Source: Squalus acanthias (lineage: Eukaryota). Taken from it: a DNA stretch of 60,000 bases. Made by a program: the position numbers and the translations under genes. Below the pieces are notes generated by a model. It saw nothing but the letters and a program-made list of their open reading frames with translations. It was not told the DNA's origin and did no database searches. Shown here in pieces: positions 11,850 through 23,472 of the stretch. How positions within the stretch are numbered: position 1 is the stretch's first letter; each line of letters starts with the position of its first letter. The DNA lies in assembly GCA_030390025.1 (NCBI GenBank), contig CM059432.1, forward strand, positions 153,824,001-153,884,000. Direction: 5' to 3'.

Positions 11850-13745
11850 TGGGGCGAAATTGGATTAGGCCCGAAAACGGGCGTGGGAATCGCGATGCGT
11901 GATCTTCCCTCACCCATTGAAAGTAGTGCAGGCAGCACGCAAAATTCGTGCTGCCTGCTAATTAGCATGGTTGCTGTACTGAGCCCAGCGTAAATGAGCT
12001 GCTGGTTGGTTCAGCACATAACAAGGGGACCAATATCGGGTGCAGTCTACTATCCAATTAAAGTTTGTCTGCAGAGTGAAAGGCTGTCTGCACTTCTTAA
12101 AGGGGAGGTGCTTTGTTGCAGAAGTACCTCATTGTCACTAACTCCAGCAATGGCACAATAGAGGAGAGAAAGGGCACCTCGCTTCTCTGATGCAGCACTG
12201 GAGACCTTTGTCCATGGAGTATGTAGAAGGAGACAGGCCCTCTACCCGTAAGGGGGCAGGAGGCCTTCGAGACCCATCGTAAGAAGGCAGTGGGAGGAGA
12301 TTGCGCAAGCCGTCAGTGCCACCAGGATCCAGTGTCGGAAGAAGTTTAATGACCTCACGAGTGGTCAAGGTGAATGAATGCATCTTCAAATGCCATATCC
12401 CACCAACTGCACCACTAGCCTCACACACACTGCTCAATGCACCACACCCCCATCACTCACCTACCAACAATCTCTATCAAACAGGACTCATAGCTCACAA
12501 TCATAGCTTCACCTCACCCTCACACACTTACCACTGCTGCAAGCCTCACACAATGCCAGTTCTTCAACCATGACAGGCATATCACCCAAATATGTTGCAC
12601 CACACACACTGAGGGCAAGTTCACACAAGAGTTCTGCTGCACAGGACTCAGACGAGGACTTTGATGGGGCAGCCTTCAGAAGAAGGGTGATGGGCATGCA
12701 CACACAACGCTTAATGCAATGGTAGGCCTGCCAGAGAGCCTCTCGTCACTGTCAAGGAGCATGGAGGAGTCTGGCTCCAACATTGCATGGGGCTTTGCGC
12801 AGAGCTTGGAGCCCATGATTTCCAGGATGCAAGTGATGGGCACCTCCATTAGAGAACTTGTGGACCCAACCATGATGCTGGGTGTGATGGGCGATGTCAC
12901 AGCTTCCATTGCAGCACAAGCGGAAGCGACCCAACGTCTGAGTGCTGCAGTGGAAGCTCAGACTGCTCTCATGCAGTCTCCGCTTTCTGCCAGGCAAACT
13001 CAGACAGCTGCCATCATGGCTGGGTTTACCAGTGTGGAGAGGGGCTTGCAGGGTCTCACAGCAGTCCAGCAATCTGTCCTCCATCAGATGGCTAGGAATG
13101 CTGAGGCGCCATCCCGAGGGAGTGGCAGTGGCTCCGTGGAGGGAGAAGCTGCTGTCCTCTCAGGATGACAGCATTCATACTTACGCCACTGCCACTACAC
13201 CAGTGTCATTGCAGTTGCCTGTCAGAGAGCCAGCCCAGACTGCAGCCGCCCATGCCGAGGTGGTGCTGTCTATAGCCGGGCCTTCTCGGCCCAGAGCTGC
13301 TCGAGGTTGTCCTGCAAGGTCATTTGCAGTGTCCCCCATTGAAAGTCAGCAGCCTTCCACCAGCCATGCTGCAGCCACTGGGGTAGCACTGCGTAGGAGC
13401 ACTAGAATAGGCAAAGGAACACAAAAGACAGACACTAAGGGAATGCACAAGGGTGATTAGTTGACTTTGTTATGTAAGATTCAAAATAACCATTTATAAA
13501 TTATGTTTGGAAAGTTTGTTTTGCGGTGGCTTTCATTTCAGCTTTGTACCCAAGAGGATGCTGTGCTGTTCCGTGACAGAGGAATAGTAAGGTGGGGAAC
13601 TGTTGAACAACGGGAATCTGGGGTTTCATTCATTGGAAACGACGTCTGATGAGGTGCTCACGGACAGCCCATCCGGAACAGGGATTTGTTGCCTGCCTTG
13701 TCCCTCCTCCTCTTCCTCCTGCTCTTCTCCTGAGGTGGTCACAGA
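11850..13745 (+). mobile_element. Left half of a decayed Harbinger (H2): left end, Myb/SANT gene (+), transposase 3' stub (-)
   Basis: End GGGGCGAAATTGGAT resembles 3879; exon 1 at 12150-12369 reads MAQ*RRERAPRFSDAALE...QWEEIAQAV...CRKKFNDL followed by a GT donor; last exon ends KGMHKGD* at 13460; acidic transposase tail at 13626-13745. Confidence 0.8.
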
Positions 13746-13749
13746 ACCC

Positions 13750-14447
13750 GTGGTGGCACTCTCTGAGCAGAGAGAAGCAGGATGAGAGCGCATGTAGCTT
13801 TGCCAGGATAGCAGGTTTCCCCATGGAGCAGGGCCCATGTGGCTTTGCGGGCACCATATAAAAGTCCTGAAATCTTCCGGAACTGCAAAGGCTACCGCTC
13901 ACTTAATGTGCAATTGGTGTGCGACCACTCACAGCGAATCTTCAATGTCGATGGCCGCTATCCTGGTAGCAGCCATGGTGCCTTCATCCTGCATCAGTCC
14001 TGTGTGCCAGCAATCTTCCAGCCACCACAGCAAACTCAAGGGTGGCTGCTCAGAGACAATGGCTATCCACTCTGCACCTGGCTCATGACTCCCCTCCGCA
14101 ACCCCAACACTCCTGCCCAGCACTCATGTAATGAGAGCCATGCCGCCACCAGGTACATCATCGTGCAGACCATCGGGGTGCTCAAGCAACAGTTCTGCTG
14201 CCTTGACCGATCGGAAGGAGCCCTCCAGTACACGTCGGAGCGGATGTCCCATGTCGTGGTGGTCTGCTGCATGCTCCACAACTTGGCCATCATGAGGGCC
14301 CAGCCCTTGCCACCAGGGATTGTGGGACTGCCTCAGGAGGAGGACGAGGGAGAGGAGGAAGTTGAGGACAAGGAGGGAGGGAGGAGGCGGCAGGCAGCCA
14401 ATACCCCTTCCGGACGGGCTGTCCATGAAGGCCTCATCAGACTCTGA
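13750..14447 (+). pseudogene. Harbinger DDE transposase, C-terminal part (element H3)
   Basis: FARIAGFPMEQG, RSLNVQLVCD, RYPGSSH, GWLLRDNGYP, IIVQTIGVLKQQF, CCMLHN; the GAID motif region is deleted. Confidence 0.9.
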
Positions 14448-14758
14448 TTCCAATGAACGAAACCCCAGATCCCCCTTGCTCACCACATCCCCCATCATAC
14501 CATCCCTCTGTCACGGAATATCACAACGTCCTCCTGGGCACAAAGCTGAAATGAGAGACACCACAACAGATTCCAAACAAAATTAGTAAAATTATCCAAA
14601 ATTAATTGACACATATTTACACTTATGCTATGAACTGATCACCCTTGTGCAATCCCTTAGTGCCTCTTGTTCATGTGCCCTTTCCTGATCTAGTGCTGCT
14701 ACAAAGTGCTCCCCCAGTGGCTGCAACATGGCTGGTGGAAGGCTGCTGAGTGTCCATG

Positions 14759-16305
14759 ATGTGGAGATGCCGGTGTTGGACTGGAGTGGACAAATGTGAG
14801 AAGTCGCACAACACCAGGTTATAGTCCAACAGCTTTATTTGAAATCACAAGCTTTCGGAGCGCTGCTCCTTCGTCAGGTGAAGTGAAGAGATGCATATAG
14901 GCACAGCATATATAGTCAGAGAACACTGCCAGATGATTATAGTTAATCTTTCCAACTGCCCTTTATCACACCTCGGCAGAGAGATAATCACGGCAATCAA
15001 AGGTGTGGATGGTGTCCAAACAGGTCAGTCAGGAAAACATTACATCAAAGACAATGTGGCAGATGCTGGGGTCTGTATGGAAAACAAAAAACTTTTTTTG
15101 CTGGAAATCACAGCAGGTCCGGCCACATCTGTGTAGAGAGAACAAGCCAACGACGACTCGAGTCTGGATGACTCTACGTCAGGTGGGGTTACATGTAGCG
15201 TGACATGAATACCAAGATCCCGGTTGAGGCCGTCCTCATGGGTGTAGAACTTGGCTATCAGTTTCTGCTCGACGATTTTGCGTTGTCGTGTGTCTCGAAG
15301 GCCGCCTTGGAGAACGCTTACCCGAAGATCGGAGGCTGAATGTCCTTGACTGCTGAAGTGTTCCCCGACTGGGAGGGAACATTCCTGCCTGGCAATTGTT
15401 GCGCGGTGTCCGTTCATATGTTGTCGCAGTGTCTGCATGGTCTCGCCGATGTACCATGCTCCGGGGCATCCTTTCCTGCAACGTATGAGGTAGACAACGT
15501 TGGCCGAGTCACATGAGTATGTACCATGTACCTGGTGGGTGGTGTCCTCACGTGTGATGATGGTATCTGTGTTGATGATCTGGCATGTCTTGCAGAGGTT
15601 GCCGTGGCAGGGTTGTGTGGTGTCGTGGTCGCTGTTCTCCTGAAAGCTGGATAATTTGCTGCGAACGATGGTCTGTTTGAGGTTAGGCGGCTGTTTGAAG
15701 GCGAGTAGTGGGGGCGTGGGGATGGCCTTAGCGAGGTGTTCATCGTCATCGATGACATGTTGAAGGCTGCGAAGAATATGGCGTAGTTTCTCCACTCCGG
15801 GGAAGTACTGGACGATGTAGGGTACTCTGTTGGTTGTGTCCCGTGTTTGTCTTCTGAGGAGGTCTATGCGATTTTTCACTGTGGCCCGTCGGATCTGTCG
15901 ATCAACGAGTCGAGCGTCATATCCCGTTCTTACGAGGGCGTCTTTCAGCATCTGTAGGTGTCCATCGCGTTCCTCCTCGTCTGAGCAGATCCTGTGTATT
16001 CGCAGGGCTTGTCTATAGGTGATGGCTTCTTTAACGTGGTTAGGGTGGAAGCTGGAGAAGTGGAGCATCATGAGGTTGTCCGTGGGCTTGCGGTAGAGTG
16101 AAGTGCTGAGGTGTCCGTCTTTGATGGAGATTCGTGTGTCCAAGAATGAAACCGATTCTGAGGAGTAGTCCATGGTGAGTTTGATGGTGGGATGGAACTT
16201 GTTGATGTTATCGTGTAGTCTTTTCAGTGATTCTTCGCCGTGGGTCCAAAGGAAGAAAATGTCGTCGATGTATCTGGTGTATAGCGTTGGTTGGAGGTCC
16301 TGTGC
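14759..16305 (-). mobile_element. 5'-truncated Penelope-like retroelement (P1a, Neptune-like): RT C-terminal part, GIY-YIG endonuclease, pseudo-LTR
   Basis: YTRYIDDIFF, FLD, YRKPT, Cys linker PCHGNLCKTC, VVYLIRC...WYIGET; TSD AGTGTCCATG (14749-14758) / AGTCTCCATG (16306-16315). Confidence 0.95.
14845..14881 (-). ncRNA. Minimal type I hammerhead ribozyme-like motif in the PLE pseudo-LTR
   Basis: Minus strand reads TCAC-CTGACGA-A-GGAGC agc GCTCC-GAAAG CTT-GTGA. Confidence 0.75.
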
Positions 16306-18356
16306 AGTCTCCATGGGGGAGACTTCAGATGGTCTTGCAGGACGACCTGTAGACTGCACCACCTCGGCATGGGTGGGAGCAGTCTGGGCTGGCTGGCTGA
16401 CAGGCAGAGGCAAGGGCAATGGCGGAGTGGCAGTGGTGGGAGCAGGAATGCTATCATCCTGAGAGAGAACAACAGGGTCCTGCTCCACTGGCTCACTGCC
16501 ACTCCCCCGGGGCAGCACCTCAGCATTCCTAGCAATCAGTTGGAGCACAAATGCTGCTGGGCTGCTCCGACACCCTGAAAGCCCTGGTCAACACTGGTAA
16601 ACCCAGCCACGATGACAGCAGTCTGAGCTTGCGTGGCATCAAGCTGGGACTTCATGAGAGCGGTCTGCGCTTCCGCTGCAGCACTAAGATGTTGGTTCGC
16701 TTCCGCCTGTGCTGCAATGGCAGCCGCGACATCGCACGCAGCATCATGGCTGAGTCAGCACGGTCTCATCGGGAATTTTCCATCATTTCCAGCCAGGAAA
16801 TCCTGGGCTCCAAGCTCTGCCCAGAGCCCCGTGCAGTGTTGGAGGCGGACTCCTCCATGCTCCTTGACATTGCCAAGAGGCTCTCTGGCAGGCCTACCAT
16901 TGCACCTAGCAATTCAGTGTGCATGCCCATCACCCTTCTTCTGAAGGCTGCCCCATCGAGGTCCTCATCTGAGTCCTGTGCAGCAGAACTCGTGCGTGAA
17001 CTCGCCCTCCAGGGAGCTGGCCCCCGAGCTACCCTTTTCCCCTGGCCTTGCTGTGGCCAACTCGTGCCTGGTGCCTCAACCTGTGCAGTTCCTGCTTCTA
17101 CACTAGCCTCTAAAGTACGCACAGTGCCAGTTTCTGAGCTGGTGTCTGCGAGTGACAGATGCAGTGACGCTGTGTCTTCTTTTCTCCCCTCGCTCTACTG
17201 CATCGCCTCAGGGACAGGCTGCTCAGGTGCTTGGTCTTGATTAGCTGAAAGCAGAAAGGCACAAGAGTCGGGTTATGGTGGGGGGAGCAAAATATGCATG
17301 CATACAGCATCAGCAGCTTGAAAGTGAAAAGAAATTGTGGGATGAGGGGGAGGTGGGATGTGAGAAGAAGGATTAGGAATGAGCATACCGTTGTTGTCCC
17401 CAAGGGCTTCAACCTCGCCAGATGCCATGGCCTCCATTATCTGCCACCCAATGATCTCCAGCACTCTCTCCTCGAGCTGGCTGAGGTCCTAGATGGCAGC
17501 TTTCCCCCTGCCTGTCTGCTGTTGATCCTTTGGTTATGTACAACCTAGGCCTGCAAGAGACAGAGAAGTGTGTGATTGAGTGTGATGCAATGTGTTTGGG
17601 TGATGTGCCTACCATGATTGAATAGCTGTCAGTGTGCAAGGTGTGAGATGTGGGTGTGAGTGTTGCAGCAGTGGTAAGGTTGTGAGGGTGAAGTGAAGCC
17701 ATAATTGTGAGGTCTGAGTGGTGAAAGGTAGATATTATTGGGAGGTGAGTGCTGAGGGTGTGATGCATTGAGCAGTGTGTGAGGCTTGTGGTGCAGATAG
17801 TGGGATATGGCATTTGCTGACGCCTTCCCTCACCTTGACCTGCTGTGTGAGGTCATTAAACTACTTTCAGGACTGGATGGCCGACCTTGGGACTACGGTG
17901 CTGGCCATCACATAGGCGGTTATCTCCTGCCAGAGCCTTCAAGAGGTGTGCGGCAAGGGCTCCCTGCCAGTGTGTGGGAAGAGGACAGCCCACCTCCTCT
18001 TCGTGGCCACGACCAGTGCCTCGGGAGCTGCATCGGAGAATCTGCTGGCTCTCTCCCTGTGCTGAGGCTCTGCCATGTGTTTGCACTGCCGTCTCCTTCC
18101 AGCTGAAGTTGTGAGTGGCTTGACAATGAGGTGCTGTAGCATCAATGCACCTCCCCTTTAAGTACTGAATAAAGCCTGTGCCAAACATGACTGGGAATTA
18201 GACTGGACCCGATATTGGTCCACCTGTTGAGCAGTAAGCCAATCAGCAGCTATTTTTCACTGCGATCAAGACTACAATCATGTTCATGAGGACTGAGCAC
18301 GAGTTTTGCATGCTACCTAGACCATTGTGACCTGACGCAGCTTAACATCGTCGGGC

Positions 18357-19137
18357 AGGAAAAATAAAAAAGCAAATTATTATTTAAATGGAGAGAGATT
18401 ACAAAATGCAACAGTTCAGAGGGACCTGGGGGTCCTTGTGCATGAAACACAAAAAGTTAGCATGCAGGTACAGCAAGTAATCAAAAAGACAAATGGAATG
18501 TTGGCCTTTATTGCAAGGGGGTTGGAGTATAAAAGCAGGGAAGTCCTGCTACAACTGTACAGGGTATTGGTGAGACCACACCTTGAGTACTGCATACAGT
18601 TTTGGTCTCCTTATTTAAGGAAGGATATACTTGCATTGGAGGCAGTTCAGAGATGATTCACACAGTTGATTCCTGAGATGAGGGGGTTGACTTATGAAGA
18701 AAGGTTGAGCAGGCTGGGCCTATACTCATTGGAATTTAGAAGAATGAGAGGTGATCTTATTGAAACATATGATACTGAGGGGGCTCGACAAGGTAGATGC
18801 AGAGAGGATGTTTCCCCTCGTGGGGAAATCTAAAACTCAGGGGCATAGTTTCTGAATAAAGGGTCGCCCTTTTAGAACTGAGATGAGGAGAAATTTCTTC
18901 TCTCAGAGAGTCGTAAATCTGTGGAATTCTCTGCCGCAGAGAGCTGTGGAGGCTGGGTCATTAAATACATTTAAGGTGGAGATAGACAGATTTTTACAAG
19001 ATAAGGGAGTGAAGGGTTATGGAGAGCGGGCGGGGAAGTGGCTTTGAGCCCAAGATCAGCCATGATCTTATTGAATGGCGGAGCAGGCTCGAGGGGCCAA
19101 GTGGCCTATTCCTGCCCCTATTTCTTATGTTCTTATG
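18357..19137 (+). mobile_element. 5'-truncated CR1 (family A)
   Basis: ORF 18438-18656 (VRPHLEYC); CR1 3' end and (TTCTTATG)n tail. Confidence 0.9.
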
Positions 19138-20026
19138 AGCCTTTACACTGCCTGTGTTGTGGCCATATCCAATTTCTCGGTCGTTGTCTCTGGGCTTTCA
19201 GGATCTGACAACAACCATTAGACCAGCCATCATTCAGAGCTCGATGGAATCAGCTGAAGGCCATCGTGAGGGAGATGTAAAGGCCTAATCTAGCCCATCA
19301 CAGTGTAAATTTGAGATACTTGAGACTGAGGATATTCTTGTGAAGGGCACCTCCAGTAAAAATTCCCCTTCCCTGCAAGACTTCTCAGATGATGATGTGT
19401 GTAATTATAAATCGACAATCAAAAATGTACGAGCGCTTTTTGTTCTTTTGTAAACACATAACTAGTAAAAGGGTAGTCAAAGGAAGGGTGAGGCTGATTA
19501 GGAACCAATAAAGAGATCTTCTTGTGGAGGCAGAGGGCATGGCTGAGGTACTAAATGAGTACTTTGCACCTGTCTTCACTAGAGAAGAGAATGCTGCCAT
19601 TGTCACAGTAAAGGAGGAGGCAGTAGAGAAATTGGATAGAATAGAAATAGATAAAGGAGCGGTTCTTAAAAGGTTGGAAGCTCTCAAAGTAGAAAAGTCA
19701 CTCGGTCCGGATGAGATGCATCCGAGGTTGCTGAGAGGAGTAAGGGTGGAGATAGCGGAGGCTCTGGCCACAATCTTACAATCCTCCTTAGATATCAGAG
19801 TGGTGCCAGAGGACTGGAGGGTTGCAAATGCTACACCCCTGTTTAAAAAAGGGGAGAGGAATAAACCCGGAAACTACAGGCCAGTCAGCTTAACTTCAGT
19901 GGTGGGGAAACTTTTAGAGATAATAATCCGAGACAAAATGAATTGTCACTTGGAAAAATATGGGTTAGTAAATGATAGCCAGCATAGATTTGTTAAAGAC
20001 AAATTGTGTTGGACTAACTTGATTGA

Positions 20027-20620
20027 TGCGGAGATGCCAGTGTTGGACTGGGGTGGACAAAAGTGAGAAGTCGCACAACACCAGGTTATAGTCCAACAGC
20101 TTTATTTGAAATCACAAGCTTTCAGAGCGGCTGCTCCTTCGTCAGGTGAAGTGAAGAAATACATATGGGCACAGCATATATAGACAGAGAACAAGCCAAT
20201 GACGAGTTGAGACACGAGTCGTTGGCTTGTTCTCTCTACACAGATGCGGCCGGACCTGCTGTGATTTCCAGCAAAAAAAGTAAAAAGTTTAAAGTTTTTG
20301 GTTTTCCACACAGACTGCAGCATCTGACACATTTGACCCCCTGTGACCCCACCTCATTGTCTTTGTTGTCTTTTGCTATTGTCTTTGATGTAATGTTTTC
20401 CTGACTGACCTGGTTGGATTTGATTGCCGTGATTGTCTCTCTGCTGAGGTGTGATAAAGGGCAGTTAGAAAGATTAACTGTAGTCGTCTGGCATTGTTCT
20501 CTGACTATTTATGCTGTGCCCATATGTATTTCTTCACTTCACCTGACGAAGGAGCAGCCGCTCCGAAAGCTTGTGATTTCAAATAAAGCTGTTGGACTAT
20601 AACCTGGTGTTGTGCGACTT
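20027..20620. mobile_element. Fold-back Penelope-like insertion (P1a), pseudo-LTR only
   Basis: Inverted arms about 20066-20192 vs 20495-20622; 13-bp TSD CTAACTTGATTGA at 20014-20026 and 20621-20633; sequence matches 14759-15160. Confidence 0.9.
20539..20576 (+). ncRNA. Minimal type I hammerhead ribozyme-like motif; mirror copy on the minus strand at 20112-20149
   Basis: TCAC-CTGACGA-A-GGAGC agcc GCTCC-GAAAG CTT-GTGA. Confidence 0.75.
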
Positions 20621-22039
20621 CTAACTTGATTGAGTTCTTTGATGAAGTAACGGAGAGGGTTGATGAGGGTAGTGCGGTTGATGTTGTGTATATGGACTTT
20701 CAAAAGGTGTTTGACAAAGTACCAATAATAGACTTGTTAGCAAAATTGAAGCTCAGGGATTAAAAAGACAGTGGCAGCGTGGATACGAAATTGGCTAAGA
20801 AAGGGTCGGTAACCAGAGGACACAGATTTAAAGTAATTGACAAAAGAACCAGAGGCAACATAAGGAGAATTTCCACAGCAAGTTGCTATGATCTGGATGC
20901 AGTGCCTGAAAGCGTAGTGGAGGCAGATTCAATAGTAACTTTCAAAAGGGAATTGGATAAATACTTGAAGGGGAAAAATTTGCAGGGCTGTGGGGAAAGG
21001 GCAGGGGAGCGGGACTAAGTGGATAGCTCTACCAAAGAGCCGGCACAGGCACAGTGGGCCGAATGGCCTCTTTCTGTGCTGTATCATTCTATGATTCTAC
21101 TCTAATCTAACTTTGAGAGTTACCTACCTTACAATTATTAAATATCAGACACATTACAAATTTTCAACCTCAACTTATTTACTAGTGCTACACCATTCGT
21201 GCCAGTGCTGCAGTAAATCCTGCTCAATGCAGCAGCTCAGAATTCTATCATAGCCACAATTTTAAAGATGGCGGGAAAGATGTGCAAGAGAATCCATTGC
21301 TCCTTAAATTCTTGGAGGTTTCATTTCTTCTTTTTGACTCTTCAGGTTACCGAGGTGTTGGACAAAGTGCTGGGGTGTGGCCTTCGAGGGGTCACAGAGC
21401 TTTCAGATACTACAGTACACGTATACAAATATTGCACCAGTTCTCAGGTGAAGTATTAACACCTGGGTTTGAGGCCAGATAAACTCTACTTCTCTAACAA
21501 CCAGCTTCTGCTATCACAATAGAAATTCACAGCACAGGAGGAGTCCAATCGGCCCATCATGTCTGCACCGGCTCTTTGCTAGAGCAATCCAAAACTAATA
21601 AACAACTGCCCTGCTCTCTCCCCAGAGCCCTATATCCTCCTCTGCTTCAAATGTTTATCTGCTTAAAGGATGCAATGGTATTTGCCTCAATTATTCTCTG
21701 TGGCAAAGCAACACATGCTCCAATAATCATCTGTTTAAAGAAATTTCTCCTAACCTCTCTCTGAGTGAGTGGTTACATGAATAGCTTACCTTTGTCTTAT
21801 CCTTGAAGACTGCAGTCAACAATGACAGTCCCCTCCTCCTCAGTGGATGTTGTGCCTGTGTCGGTAGACGGTTTAGTTCTGGATACACTGTAATTACTGT
21901 CATTGCAGAATCTTGGATATTATCGTCACCTTAGATGCAACAATTAAGGCTCTGGTGCCACCTAGTGGTTAGTCCTGCATTACCAGCTACATAGTGCTGC
22001 TCACAAAATCCATGTATCAGAAAAATAAATAAATAGAAA

Positions 22040-22355
22040 GAACTGGCATTTATATAGCATCTACACAACCTCAGGACATCCCAAAGCGTTTTACAAACAA
22101 CAAAGTACTTTTGAAATGTAGTCACTGTTGTAATGTAGGAAACACGGCAGCCAATTTTTACACAGCAAAATCCCACAGACAGCAATGAGATAATGATCAG
22201 ATGATGTTAGTTGAGGAATAACTATTGGCCTGAACATCAGAGAGAACTCCCCTGCTCTTCTTCGAAATAGTGCCATAGGATCTTATATGTCCAACTGAGA
22301 GGACAGACAGGGTTCTCATCCGAAAGATGGCACCTCTGACAGTGCAGCACTCCCT
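22040..22355 (-). mobile_element. Deu-domain SINE (SacSINE1/AmnSINE-like) with L2-type tail
   Basis: Minus strand AGGGAGTGCTGCACTGTCAGAGGTGCCATCTTTCGGATGAGA...ATGGCACTATTTCGAAGAAGAGCAGGGGAG; tail GCTATATAAATGC. Confidence 0.7.
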
Positions 22356-22361
22356 GTCTTT

Positions 22362-23099
22362 GGGCTGGATTTTCAATGACCTGTGGAGTCGGATTTGGAG
22401 GCATGTCCCCATCACGACTCCATCCCGCCTTCACGCAATTTTGACAAAATCGGTCGCGGGGTTCCCGACTCCGTCCCGCCTCTTGGAGGCGGGAGAGGCC
22501 ATTAAAGCCCTTAACAAGGCCTAAATTGGCTCTGTAATGCCATTTTGAAACGTTTTAGCTAGTTTAACCCTTTTCCGACGTGAAGCACGCCTGATGTGAA
22601 ACACTCCAGTGAAACCTGGTGGGAGCACAAGTGGATAGCTGACTATCAGCTGCAGGTCCACTATTACAACGGAGATGTGATGAAGGTAGTAGTAGTATTG
22701 TGATGGGTAGTAGTATTAGGTCTGAAAGTCGCCTCTGATGCTGCTGCATTGTCTTCAGAGACTGCCTGGCCTTGCTGTGAGAGGCCCTGGATGGAAATGG
22801 AAAAATCAATCTCTCTCTCTCTCCTTCCTCATTTTGCATCCAGGTCCAGCAAAACCCAGACAGGTCCACACAGCAAAGGCCAGGCAATCTCTGAGACCAG
22901 GCAGCCTGCAATGATGACATCATCAGAGGCGACTTTCCCACTGAAACCACTAATTGGTTCATGGGTTCCCACATGCTGGAACTCAATTGCCCAATTAAGT
23001 GAAAATTGCATCATTCATCCACATTAATCTGGAGTCGGGGGGACAACACGAAATGCGGGTAACACGACCCCAACCCGACCCCAAGACAAAATCCAGCCC
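22362..23099. mobile_element. Harbinger-like MITE, copy 2 (inverted relative to 575-1327)
   Basis: Same 12-bp TIR; internal sequence is the reverse complement of copy 1; flanks TTT/TTA. Confidence 0.85.
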
Positions 23100-23194
23100 T
23101 TAGTATGCAAAGTTTAGTATTTACTTAAGAAATTAACAAATAAATAAATGGATATCTGCAGTTTATATGAAGAAACAATGAATATTGTATCAGT

Positions 23195-23472
23195 CACCAT
23201 TTTCACAGCCAAGAAGTACTTTTTAAGTGCAGTAATGTAGGAAAGTTGGCAGCCACAAACAGTAGTGAGATAAATGACAAGATAATCTGTTTTTAGTGGT
23301 GTTGGTCAAGGCATAAATGTTGGCCAGAGCACAGGGGGAGCTCCCTGGCTCTTCTTCAAATAATGTCTCGGTTTAATGTCTCATCCTAAAGATGGCACCT
23401 TGGATAGTATAGCACTCTCTCAGTACTGCAGTCTCGAAGTCCTGAAGTGGGTGTTGAACTCAAAGCCTCCTG
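23195..23472 (-). mobile_element. Second, more decayed Deu-domain SINE
   Basis: Similar to 22090-22355 (AAGTACTTTT...TAATGTAGGAAA...GGCAGCCA...AAAGATGGCACCT). Confidence 0.6.

Larger units (their letters stand above)
14640..18076 (-). pseudogene. Three-exon Harbinger Myb/SANT gene (exons 18076-17834, 17550-17389, 17244-~14640), with stops and a PLE insertion
   Basis: MAEPQHRERASRFSDAAPEAL...LWQEI...FNDLTQQVK; GT-AG boundaries AAG|gtgagg, cttgcag|, AACG|gtatgc, ctttcag|. Confidence 0.75.
13750..19182 (-). mobile_element. Left half of a decayed Harbinger (H3), inverted relative to H2; carries PLE and CR1 insertions
   Basis: Left-end-like GACCGAGAAATTGGATA on the minus strand starting at 19182; Myb gene on -, transposase on +. 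Confidence 0.7.
19445..21100 (+). mobile_element. Decayed, internally deleted CR1 (family B) with a PLE insertion
   Basis: ORF 19524-20066 (GPDEMHPRLL, NYRPVSLTS); ATTCTATG tail at about 21086-21100. Confidence 0.85.

Noticed and set aside
10104..11913. Long ORFs spanning 10104-11913
   Set aside because: Artefacts of translating through the 200-N gap and the GA-rich tract; only 10104-~11070 is real CR1 endonuclease
13839..14447. Domesticated HARBI1 gene
   Set aside because: N-terminus and GAID motif are missing, catalytic-motif residues are altered, and it is embedded in a decayed transposon
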